Shown here: piece by piece, positions 18,201 through 25,147 of the stretch
Position numbering within the stretch: the stretch's first letter is position 1
How the letters are laid out: the number at the start of each line of letters is the position of its first letter
Source of the DNA: Candidatus Norongarragalinales archaeon
GTDB lineage: Archaea > Micrarchaeota > Micrarchaeia > Norongarragalinales > DASYRB01
Reading direction: 5' to 3'
Assembly: GCA_036004805.1 (NCBI GenBank)
Contig: DASYRB010000026.1
Location: 4,938 to 68,937 of the forward strand
Length of the DNA stretch: 64,000 nt
The notes under the pieces: model-generated
The model's database searches: none
Seen by the model: only the letters and a program-made list of their open reading frames with translations
Told to the model about the DNA's origin: nothing
Program-made: the position numbers and the translations under genes

Positions 18201-18750
18201 CGCGTTCCGCGAGCACGGTTGCGGCTTCTTTCAGCCGGTCATCTACCTTGTCGAGTTCGGAGAGGGCTTCGCGTTTTTTCGTTTCGTATTCGGATACGTT
18301 CGCGACGGCGTCGATGAGTGTGCGTCGGTCTTTCGAGTTCATTTCGACGATCTGTTGCACTTCGCCCTGCTTGATCGCGTGTTCCAGGGACACGTGGTTG
18401 CTGGCTAAGTATTCGTCGATGACGTATTTTTTCTGGATTTTGTTGTTGAGCGTGTATCGCGTTTTTCCGTCGCGGCGAACCGCGCGCCCGACGGTCGTGG
18501 TCGTTCCGTCTTTGTTTTCGAAAACGACGGCTGCGTCGGCGATGCTGGAGTTGCTGAAGATGAGGTCGGGTGTTTTGCGCACGCGCATGTTCTTGAGTCG
18601 GTTTTCTCCAAAACAAAACATTAGGGCGTCAACGATGTTCGACTTGCCGCTGCCGTTGGGTCCGATGACTGCGTTTAGTCCTGGCTGGAATTCTACGGTG
18701 GCGTTCTTGAAGCTCTTGAAGTTCTTGAGCTGTATCTTGCTGACGTGCAT
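15295..18750 (-). CDS. smc: Chromosome segregation protein SMC.
   Basis: 1151 aa. N-terminal Walker A GPNGSGKSNIVDA. Long coiled coils. C-terminal signature LSGGEKSLIALMFLFA and Walker B ILDEADAALD. Confidence 0.95.
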   Translation of the reverse strand: MHVSKIQLKNFKSFKNATVEFQPGLNAVIGPNGSGKSNIVDALMFCFGENRLKNMRVRKTPDLIFSNSSIADAAVVFENKDGTTTTVGRAVRRDGKTRYTLNNKIQKKYVIDEYLASNHVSLEHAIKQGEVQQIVEMNSKDRRTLIDAVANVSEYETKKREALSELDKVDDRLKEAATVLAEREGYLKELEQEKKDAEKHISLKQRVDQLKVTLLSIDARNIEKEFDNVVKELLDTSEKTQNIQNDIKALETKIESFQKEKDAVNQEIIARGQGREVELQREIDELNAQISLSQALIADRKQQLEKSDSRLKEITLEYTRVFDEVKGAQQRIHEVNEELASLNKILGETQGDYDAMLKKSEQFSAQFYNARAQYETAQNDILKLKEELNALQAQTVQHQEVKKLKENELQRLLQGAFEDFEKKEKETTEQRGEAQKAIKAAQRELDEMFREEKELNEKIPVVEDLLLLAKEKIAEISSRLRTAKEFEGGGPIEAVLEWGKKSKGVHGTLAQLGTYESKYSLPVQVALGARTNWVVVETSDTASQAIDFLKKQRLGRVSFVPLDKANSPPISAGDREIAKREGVIGFLYELMDFEPKHEKAFRLACGNTLVVKDLAHAKPILGKIRLVTLEGELGESGGLLVGGTFREKINALKERTDLEMFNKKAESARAEKEAIITQLRSLREEMTPVRKSVAEAELKVKTLDLEIEHLRGAQERELAKKANIKTAADALKKEVKQAEKELSQVDEARSDLIRKLSELNIDMLQLKEAIDVEKEKNFGLTVKEKERKIMDLKIQISDYSNQLQSLEKSKAVYDKQAQGLKKDKDSIESEWQEVQNAFKEHDAIIKKARGALKEKTEEQKQLSSRVKDLIEKRENLEKLVQKTAQDKGRLEFEREKTERGSQDKQIKKAILETKLSNLKAELMAFQNVEPIHNKTAEDKPELDAEIKRSQQELDALGGVNLRAIELFETKRSEYTLQIERVKQLQNEKAAVLTLITEIEGKKIGSFMQTFDHVNANFQRLFSQIFKGRGSLFLEDKVNPFNGGLTIEVQLENKEVKYLELMSGGEKSLIALMFLFAMQSFNPSSVYILDEADAALDQENSQKLADLLRELSKDSQFIVVTHNETLFRAVDCLVGVAMSKEGSKLVEVKMAQ

Positions 18751-18800
18751 TGCTGAATATCGATGATTGCTGCTTTAAAAACAATGCGAGGGAAAAACGC

Positions 18801-18841
18801 TCGAAAAAAGAAAAGATGGCGGGGTTTTTTCGAAACCCCGC
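18801..18841 (-). terminator. Hairpin (9-bp perfect stem gcggggttt/aaaccccgc, loop tttcg) followed on the minus strand by a T-rich tract. Candidate terminator of the 18884..19153 gene, sitting in the smc upstream region.
   Basis: Stem 18819-18827/18833-18841. Minus-strand downstream sequence is catcttttcttttttcga. Archaeal termination is oligo-T dependent. Confidence 0.35.
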
Positions 18842-18883
18842 GGGGAGTTGTTGTGGGTTGTCAGGAATCGTTATCGGAAATTT

Positions 18884-19153
18884 TTATCCGAGTTCGACCT
18901 TGACTCCGCCGAGTTGTCCAGCGATCAGGTTGTAGACGAAAGCGCCTACTGCCGCTGTGATTGCTCCGCCGACGAGTCCACCGACTATGGTTCCCAAAAT
19001 TGCTATGGGCAGCATGCCGGCGATCTGGCTGGCGAGCGTGGTTCCGGCGAATCCGGCTAGAGAGCCCAGCAAGGGAAGTAAGATTCCCAAACCGATTGCT
19101 CCAAGGATTCCGAACACGAGGCCAATTATGGCTCCCATTCTTCCGGCTGTCAT
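18884..19153 (-). CDS. Small Gly/Ala-rich integral membrane protein (about 90 aa).
   Basis: Track ORF starts at a TTG at 19180. The likely real start is ATG at 19153 (MTAGRMGAIIGLVFGILG...). Entirely hydrophobic, glycine-zipper-like repeats. Confidence 0.45.
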   Translation of the reverse strand: MTAGRMGAIIGLVFGILGAIGLGILLPLLGSLAGFAGTTLASQIAGMLPIAILGTIVGGLVGGAITAAVGAFVYNLIAGQLGGVKVELG

Positions 19154-19330
19154 TACGTCAATACTTTTCAGAGTCTGCAAATAGACTCACCTCTAAACAA
19201 TCCAGCGGAAAACCGTTAAAAAACCTAATTCAAAACGACAATCGACGAACCGTACTGGTTTTTGGTTGGGTTTCGTAGTTGGGCGTTTTTGGGGGTTGCG
19301 TTCGAGAGGGCTTCAGGAAAAGTTGGTAGT

Positions 19331-19672
19331 TTAGATGTCGGTGCTGGCTACTGGTTGCTTCAATTTCCTAGGGTACAAGTACAGCGTGCTGCCTTTCTGT
19401 ACGTCGTCGCTGAGTTTGACGCTGATGTAGGGTCCGTACTTGCCCTGGTTCAACCATCCACGACCGGCGTAGCCTTCGTGTCCTTTGATTTTTACGTTGT
19501 AGTTGGGTTGTGCTTTGTTTTCGATTTTTTCGACCATTTCCACTAGTCCTTCGTTCATTCTTGTCCACCTTTTTTGGTTTTTTTGGGCGGGGGTTGCTAA
19601 AAACGCGAGAACGATTTTGCCGCCGAAAGGTGAGGGGCTGCAGAGCCAAAAATGAAAGGATTTTTCCTCCAC
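19331..19672 (-). CDS. Hypothetical protein. Probable real start at internal Met about 19558 (MNEGLVEMVEKIENKAQPNYNVKIKGHEGYAGRGWLNQGKYGPYISVKLSDD...).
   Basis: Open frame with a possible small beta-rich nucleic-acid-binding-like core. No confident family assignment. Confidence 0.35.
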   Translation of the reverse strand: MEEKSFHFWLCSPSPFGGKIVLAFLATPAQKNQKRWTRMNEGLVEMVEKIENKAQPNYNVKIKGHEGYAGRGWLNQGKYGPYISVKLSDDVQKGSTLYLYPRKLKQPVASTDI

Positions 19673-19727
19673 GGGGTTTGCTCTGCACTCCTCGCCTTCC
19701 GAGCGTGCCTCTTTGGGCGAGCAGATC

Positions 19728-19928
19728 TTAGACTCTAGGGGTTAGGCCTTTCAGCGTGATGGGCGCAGCGAATTCGAGGAACACTCTTCCTCCGTGCATG
19801 ACCATGCCTGAAACGTCGGTTCGTGCGCATTGCGCGATTCGTTCGATTTCGATGTACGGAATTTTTGAAACATCCATCCTCATGTGAAACACCTCTGTTT
19901 TTCTTGCGGGTCTTTCCTGCTCCTGCAT
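19728..19928 (-). CDS. Small hypothetical protein (51-66 aa).
   Basis: MRMDVSKIPYIEIERIAQCARTDVSGMVMHGGRVFLEFAAPI. No identifiable family. Confidence 0.3.
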   Translation of the reverse strand: MQEQERPARKTEVFHMRMDVSKIPYIEIERIAQCARTDVSGMVMHGGRVFLEFAAPITLKGLTPRV

Positions 19929-20175
19929 TCGTTTGCGGTTTTTTCGTGCGTTTTTGAAGAGTGAGGGGAAAGTGGTGGCTTTCCTCGCCTCTTCCGGGTG
20001 CGGGTTTCAGGATTGAAGGTGCGCGGAGTTCGCGAAAATCCGCGGCGGTCCCTTGTTTTCCTGCGAAGGTGGTTTAATTCTTCGAGTCTCGGAACGATCC
20101 GAGTTTGGAATCTAGCCGTGCGTTTTTGCGTTTAAAAAGAAAAGTAGACCCGTGCTCGCCGGTGGCTTTTGGAAG

Positions 20176-20463
20176 TTATTTTTTCTTTTGGAGCTTGCGG
20201 TATTGTTCGAGCAGTCTGATTCTTTCGCCTGCGGGTAGTTGGCTGATTCTTTTCATCTTGGCGCGCACGACCTTCATCCGTAGAGCGTCGGCGAGGCCTG
20301 GCGTCATTATTAGTGGTTGTTTTCCTGGCTCTGGGCGGTCGCGTGCTCTTGGGAATAGCTTGGTGTTTTGTGGTAGTTGTTCGGGCTTTTTGATGAAAGT
20401 CTTTCGCCGAGTAAAGACGTCGAGAATGCCCATTTTTATTTGCGAGTGACGGTCCAGTTCCAA
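20176..20463 (-). CDS. Small basic hypothetical protein (85-95 aa).
   Basis: Lys/Arg-rich, KKK C-terminus. Possible RNA/ribosome-associated protein, unassigned. Confidence 0.4.
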   Translation of the reverse strand: MELDRHSQIKMGILDVFTRRKTFIKKPEQLPQNTKLFPRARDRPEPGKQPLIMTPGLADALRMKVVRAKMKRISQLPAGERIRLLEQYRKLQKKK

Positions 20464-20744
20464 GCTTTTGCGAGTACGAATCCGAAGAAGTATCCGGCCG
20501 CGAAGGTAACGACGAGCAGTAGTGCCGCGTCAACGAGTCCTGGGAACGTGATCGTGAGTCCGCTTATCGTGAATCCGTGCAGCGCGAGCATCCATCTGGC
20601 TAGTGGTGCGCCGATTCCTATAGCGAGAAGAATGAGCCACACTAAGTGCAGTGCGGAGACGAAGATTCCGAAAGCGAGCGCTACCGTGCCCTCGGGAGCC
20701 TTTTGTAATGCTGTTTTGGTTTTGGCCATCTTGTTTTCAGTCAC
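20436..20744 (-). CDS. Small membrane protein (2-3 TM).
   Basis: ALAFGIFVSALHLVWLILLAIGIGAPLARWMLALHGFTISGLTI... Overlaps the downstream ORF by 28 nt. The start may be MAKTKTALQ. Confidence 0.45.
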   Translation of the reverse strand: MTENKMAKTKTALQKAPEGTVALAFGIFVSALHLVWLILLAIGIGAPLARWMLALHGFTISGLTITFPGLVDAALLLVVTFAAGYFFGFVLAKAWNWTVTRK

Positions 20745-20747
20745 GGT

Positions 20748-21548
20748 TTAGCGCTTTTTCTTCTTTGCGCTCTTGCCCTTCGGTTTGGGCGCGGCTTTCT
20801 TTTTGGCGGGTGGTTTTCTTTTCACTGTTTTTCGCGCTTTTTTCGTTTCGGTTTCTTCCTCTTCTTCTCCCGATTCTTTTTCTTCTTCGTCGTCTTCGTC
20901 TGCGGTTTTTTGTTCTTTGAAGGATTTTTCGCGCTCGTCTTCACCTTCTTCGGCCTCTTCACCGAGCTCGTCTTCGTCACTTTCCGCGTCGTCGGACGAG
21001 AGTTTGGCTTGCACGCCCGCAGGCTCTTCCACTTCCTCTGTCTCTTCAGTTTCGTTTTCTTCTTGCGTGGTGGCGGGGTTGTTTTCTTCGTGGTAGTGCG
21101 CAGCGTCAGAGAGTTGTTCGACGCGGTCTTTGAAGTGCTGCATATCGGGATTGCTGGTTTCGAAGTCTTCCAGCTTGGTTCGTAGGTCAGTGACTTCGTC
21201 GTTGAGTCTAGAAATGTGTCGCGCGTGCCTCTCGAGCAGCTCGGTCACCTTGTCGATCTTTGTGGAGAGGGCGGCGATGTTTTGAGCGAGCTGCGGCTCG
21301 GGTGTTTGCGTTTTGGCGGCTTGTGGGTTTTTGTGCGTCTCGAGCGCGTCCTCAAAAGCTTTCAGCGCGGTGTCGAAGCCTTGCTGGTAGGCTTGTCGCT
21401 TGTTTTCCGCGATGTCCTTGATCACGTCTTCGACGAACTCGTCGAGCTCGCTGCTCGTTTCTGGCTCGGCCTTGATGATTCGTTCTTGAGAAGGAGTTGC
21501 TGTCGTGTTTTTGCGTTGCTCTTTCCAGTTCGCCATTTTTGTTCCCAC
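20748..21548 (-). CDS. Acidic coiled-coil protein with an extreme Glu/Asp-rich segment and a poly-Lys C-terminal tail.
   Basis: 266 aa, ending ...EEEEETETKKARKTVKRKPPAKKKAAPKPKGKSAKKKKR. Central heptad-like region. Confidence 0.55.
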   Translation of the reverse strand: MGTKMANWKEQRKNTTATPSQERIIKAEPETSSELDEFVEDVIKDIAENKRQAYQQGFDTALKAFEDALETHKNPQAAKTQTPEPQLAQNIAALSTKIDKVTELLERHARHISRLNDEVTDLRTKLEDFETSNPDMQHFKDRVEQLSDAAHYHEENNPATTQEENETEETEEVEEPAGVQAKLSSDDAESDEDELGEEAEEGEDEREKSFKEQKTADEDDEEEKESGEEEEETETKKARKTVKRKPPAKKKAAPKPKGKSAKKKKR

Positions 21549-21596
21549 CCGTGTTGAATCGTGAAATCGTTTTCGGAAACTCGTTGGTCGGGCGGT

Positions 21597-22994
21597 TTAA
21601 AACACCTTTCCCGAAGCGCCCACCAGCGCCGCCATCGCTAGAGCGGCCTTGTTCGGGTCGTCATAATCAGGGATGCCATTCTTCTGCAAGTACCGAATAG
21701 CTTCGGCGATGGTCTTGCCTCCCAAAAACACCGCAATCACGGGCTTTTCGGGGTGTTTCCGGCTCGCCTTGATGATCGCGTCAGCATTGCCTACCGGGTC
21801 GGTAATGTTCTGCAGCACCTGAATCACGATCAAGCCTTGAATGTACGGCTCGGAAAGCACGGCGTCCATTGCTACCTCGTAACGCTTTTGCGTCGAGTCG
21901 CCAATGATGTCGAGCGGGTTGCTCCTGCTCCAAGCCGGATGCATCACGCCACTCGCATCAAGCTTCTTGATCGTTTGCGGCTGCAGAGGCACGATATTTA
22001 CTCCGTTCTCTTCGCACGCGTCAGCGCACAACACGCCAGCACCGCCACCGTTAGTGATGATCGCTACCGCATTCTGCCTTGCCCTCGGCAAGTAAGCGAG
22101 TGCTCTTGCTTTGTCGAACATTTCCTCCAATGAGCTCGCCAAAATTACGCCGCTTTGTTTGCACGCGGCTTTCAGCACGGCGTAATCGCTCGCGAGCGCC
22201 GCGGTGTGACTTATAGCGGCTTTTGTGCCGGCGTTGGTTCTTCCTCCTTTCAGCAGCACGATGGGTTTGGTTTTCGTGACTTTTTTGGCGGTTTCGAGGA
22301 AGCGCTTGCCATTCTTGACATCCTCGAGATAGAGCGTGATGGCTTTCGTGTCCTTGTCCTGCAAGCACCACTCGAGAAAATCGTTCTCGTCCAAGTCGGC
22401 CTTGTTTCCGAGCGAAACCATCGTGCTGAACGCGTAACCCTCCTTGATCGCCCAGTCGATAACGCTGTCAGCAAGTGCACCGCTCTGAGTGATCATCGCG
22501 ACGCCGCCAGCGGGTGGAACTGAATAGGCGAATGTTGCGTTGAGGTGAATTGATGGACGAATGATTCCTAAGTTGTTGGGTCCGAGTAGCGGGATGCCGG
22601 CCTTTTTGCAGATGGCCGTGATTTCGTCTTGCAGTTTTTTGCCTTGCGGTCCCGCTTCGGCAAAACCGGCAGAGATGAGCGTGATGGCTTTGACTTTTTT
22701 CTTGACGCAATCACGCACGACGTTCGCAACTACTTTAGCGGGTACCGCGATGACTGCGAGGTCGACGCTTCCCGGAATCGCGTTAACGTTCTTGTAGCTC
22801 TGCTTTCCAAGAATGCGCACCGCGAACGGATTGACCGGATACACCTCACCGGGGAACGGCTTGCAGTACTTGTTATCGTAAACACAACCATGAACCAGAC
22901 TCTTGAGCAAGGCCCAGCCTACGCTCTTCTCTTCCCTGCTAGCGCCGATTACGGCGACGCTCTTGGGATTCATCAAGCCTTCAAGGTTTCTCAT
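21597..22994 (-). CDS. acdA: ADP-forming acyl-CoA (acetyl-CoA) synthetase, alpha subunit (CoA-binding plus succinyl-CoA-ligase-like domains).
   Basis: Track ORF to 23042. Start moved to MRNLEGLMNPKSVAVIGAS because the first 16 codons are the alternate frame of the 3' end of the upstream GNAT gene. Rossmann/CoA-binding VAVIGASREEKSVG. About 465 aa. Confidence 0.85.
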   Translation of the reverse strand: MRNLEGLMNPKSVAVIGASREEKSVGWALLKSLVHGCVYDNKYCKPFPGEVYPVNPFAVRILGKQSYKNVNAIPGSVDLAVIAVPAKVVANVVRDCVKKKVKAITLISAGFAEAGPQGKKLQDEITAICKKAGIPLLGPNNLGIIRPSIHLNATFAYSVPPAGGVAMITQSGALADSVIDWAIKEGYAFSTMVSLGNKADLDENDFLEWCLQDKDTKAITLYLEDVKNGKRFLETAKKVTKTKPIVLLKGGRTNAGTKAAISHTAALASDYAVLKAACKQSGVILASSLEEMFDKARALAYLPRARQNAVAIITNGGGAGVLCADACEENGVNIVPLQPQTIKKLDASGVMHPAWSRSNPLDIIGDSTQKRYEVAMDAVLSEPYIQGLIVIQVLQNITDPVGNADAIIKASRKHPEKPVIAVFLGGKTIAEAIRYLQKNGIPDYDDPNKAALAMAALVGASGKVF

Positions 22995-23554
22995 TTCTTC
23001 ACTCTCAGCAATCGTTCGAGCTTTTTCTTTGCTGCGGGCCACTCTTTTCGCAGTATTCCGTACCAGTACTCGTCGTGGAGCTTGCCTGCAGCGAACGTGT
23101 GCTTTCTTAGGCGTGCTTCTTGCTTGAAACCGATGCTTTCAACCAATCCTTTTGATTTTTGGTTTTCAGCAAGTCGTCTTTCCCATATTCTAGCGAGGTG
23201 GAATTTTTCAAATCCGAGACGCATCAGTAACAACATTATTTCCTTCCCGATGCCCAAGCCTTGCACTTCCCTCTTCAGCCAGATCGCTATTTCCGCGTTC
23301 TTGTGTCTCTCGTAAATAGCCAAGTAGCAATAACCTATTGGCTTGCGCGCTCGTTTGTCGAGAATTATCCATGAAAACTTTTTGTCTTTGACTGCTTTGA
23401 GTTGTTTTGCGACCCATTTTCGCATTTCTTTCTCCGAAAACGGTTTCGGAAGGCCCGGGTGGAATCTTTGGATTTCTGGATCCTTGAAAAGACTGTAGAG
23501 AAAAACATAGTCATTTTTGCGCGTTGGATGCAGTTCCGTCAATCTTGTATTCAT
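22991..23554 (-). CDS. GNAT family N-acetyltransferase (RimJ/RimL-like, Acetyltransf_3 type).
   Basis: Start moved to MNTRLTELHPTRKNDYVFLYSL. GNAT core WLKREVQGLGIGKEIMLLLMRLGFEKFHLARIWERRLAENQKSKGLVESIGFKQEARL. Stop adjacent to the acdA start (22991-22993 / 22994). Confidence 0.8.
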   Translation of the reverse strand: MNTRLTELHPTRKNDYVFLYSLFKDPEIQRFHPGLPKPFSEKEMRKWVAKQLKAVKDKKFSWIILDKRARKPIGYCYLAIYERHKNAEIAIWLKREVQGLGIGKEIMLLLMRLGFEKFHLARIWERRLAENQKSKGLVESIGFKQEARLRKHTFAAGKLHDEYWYGILRKEWPAAKKKLERLLRVKK

Positions 23555-24123
23555 TTTCTGATTCTCAGCAGCCGTTCTTGCTTTTTCTTCGATGCGGGCC
23601 ATTCCTTATCGAGCATTCCGTAAATGATGTCGTCCTGATACTTTCCGAGACGCCAGTTATGTTGTCTCTGTATGCCTTCTTGTCGAAAGCCGGCTCTGAC
23701 TATCAATTTTCTCGAGCCTTCGTTGTGCGCGAAGTGGACGATGAAAATTTTGTGTATTTTGAGCTTTTCGAAAGCAAATTTCATGACTAGGTAAAGTGCT
23801 TCGGTTCCGAGTCCTCTTCCTTGCCAGTTTCTAGCAACCCAATAGCCGATTTCGCTCCTTCGATGTTCTCGATGGAGTGTTAGTCCTATCACGCCCACCA
23901 GGTTCCGTTCGCCTTTCGGTATGATTGCGAATTCGAACCCGAGTCCTTTTCGTTGCCTTTCCATTGATTTGCGTACGAAAGCTTTAGAGTGTTTGAGCTG
24001 GTAGGGAAATGGCGGTCCTAGTAAGTACTGAATTATTTTTTTGAAACGTATTTGGGCGTGAATGATTGGCGCGTCTTTCGCTTGAATAGGCCTGAGAATT
24101 AACTTTCGTCCCTTGATTATCAA
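23551..24123 (-). CDS. GNAT family N-acetyltransferase (RimJ/RimL-like). Paralog of 22991..23554.
   Basis: IGYWVARNWQGRGLGTEALYLVMKFAFEKLKIHKIFIVHFAHNEGSRKLIVRAGFRQEG. C-terminus KEWPASKKKQERLLRIRK nearly identical to the paralog's KEWPAAKKKLERLLRVKK. Confidence 0.8.
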   Translation of the reverse strand: MIIKGRKLILRPIQAKDAPIIHAQIRFKKIIQYLLGPPFPYQLKHSKAFVRKSMERQRKGLGFEFAIIPKGERNLVGVIGLTLHREHRRSEIGYWVARNWQGRGLGTEALYLVMKFAFEKLKIHKIFIVHFAHNEGSRKLIVRAGFRQEGIQRQHNWRLGKYQDDIIYGMLDKEWPASKKKQERLLRIRK

Positions 24124-24126
24124 TTT

Positions 24127-24765
24127 TTACGCAGTCACCACTCGTGCATCCACTACTCGCGCTCTTTGTTCGTCGCAAATTATTGGGTTGAAGTCGAGTT
24201 CCATGATTTTCGGGTTGGCGAGCATGATTTTCTGCGCTTTCATTATCGCATCGACGACCGCGTTCTCACTAACTTTCTTGCCTCGGAAGCCTTGGACGAA
24301 TTTTCGCGCTCTCGTTTCCTGAATCATTGCGGTGGCTTCGTTCTTGTCGAAAGGCGCGATGCGCAGACTCGTTTCTTGGAGCAGTTCGACGAGGATGCCG
24401 CCGAGTCCGAACGCGATCACGGGCCCGAAGGAAGGGTCGCGTTTGGCGCCGACGAAGAGTTCTACGCCTTTCGCTTGTTCTTGTACGAGGAACGCTTCGA
24501 GTGGCAGTTTTTGTTTTTTCGCCGACGCTTCGATCTCGTGATAGGCTTGCGCGAGTTGTGACTCGTTAGGGATGTTGAGGCGCAGCAGGCCGGCTTCGGT
24601 TTTGTGAGTGGCTTGCGGACTGATCGCTTTAACGACTACGGGATAGGAGAGTTTTTTCTCGAACTCGTGCAGCTGCTTGGGGTTTTTAGCGAGCAACTGC
24701 CTGGGCATGTCGAGGCGGAATCGCTGCAGTAGCGCGAGCGTTTGCTGTTGAGGCATTACGGGCAT
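24127..24765 (-). CDS. acdB: ADP-forming acyl-CoA synthetase, beta subunit (ATP-grasp domain).
   Basis: Track ORF 24127..25212. Start moved to MPVMPQQQ... (212 aa). YPVVVKAISPQATHKTEAGLLRLNI aligns with AcdB [25 protein letters not shown]. The long upstream extension is antisense to the thioredoxin gene and its promoter. Confidence 0.75.
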   Translation of the reverse strand: MPVMPQQQTLALLQRFRLDMPRQLLAKNPKQLHEFEKKLSYPVVVKAISPQATHKTEAGLLRLNIPNESQLAQAYHEIEASAKKQKLPLEAFLVQEQAKGVELFVGAKRDPSFGPVIAFGLGGILVELLQETSLRIAPFDKNEATAMIQETRARKFVQGFRGKKVSENAVVDAIMKAQKIMLANPKIMELDFNPIICDEQRARVVDARVVTA

Positions 24766-24828
24766 GGTTTTGGAATTCTGCACGGGGGCATTATCTTTAA
24801 ATCTGTCTTCTGGGTTCCAGTTTTTCAA

Positions 24829-25143
24829 ATGGCAGCAAAGAATGGCAAGACAGTTTCTGGCGGAGACCTCATCGAGTTCTACGGCACCGAGTGTCCACAC
24901 TGCATCACCATGGCGCCACTCATCGAGAAATTGGAGAAAGAGCTCGGCGTGAAGGTGACTCGTTTCGAGGTTTGGCACAATAGTGCGAACGCGAAGAAGA
25001 TGATGGAACACGCTGACCTGCTCATGGCGGCTTGTGGCGGTGGTATTGGCGTTCCCAACTTTATCAATTTGAAGACGAAGAAAGCGCTTTGCGGCGCCGT
25101 GCCTTACAACGTGCTCAAGGACTGGGCGCTCGGAAAGGGCTGA
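24829..25143 (+). CDS. Thioredoxin/glutaredoxin-fold protein (CPHC active site).
   Basis: Start at MAAKNGKTVSGGDLIEFYGTECPHCITMAPLIEKL. About 104 aa. Divergent from acdB (63-bp spacer). Confidence 0.65.
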   Translation: MAAKNGKTVSGGDLIEFYGTECPHCITMAPLIEKLEKELGVKVTRFEVWHNSANAKKMMEHADLLMAACGGGIGVPNFINLKTKKALCGAVPYNVLKDWALGKG

Positions 25144-25147
25144 GCAC

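Noticed and set aside
20176-20463. Tried to assign the Lys-rich small protein to a ribosomal-protein or SRP19 family.
   Set aside because: No convincing motif match to L31e, S17e, S24e or SRP19 from memory. Left as hypothetical.
22991-23602. Conserved-looking N-terminal peptides MARSKEKARTIAESEEM (acdA ORF) and MARIEEKARTAAENQKM (GNAT ORF).
   Set aside because: They are the alternate-frame translation of the nucleotide-similar 3' ends of the two GNAT paralogs (..KEWPAAKKKLERLLRVKK / ..KEWPASKKKQERLLRIRK). The real starts are the internal Met codons immediately after each upstream stop.
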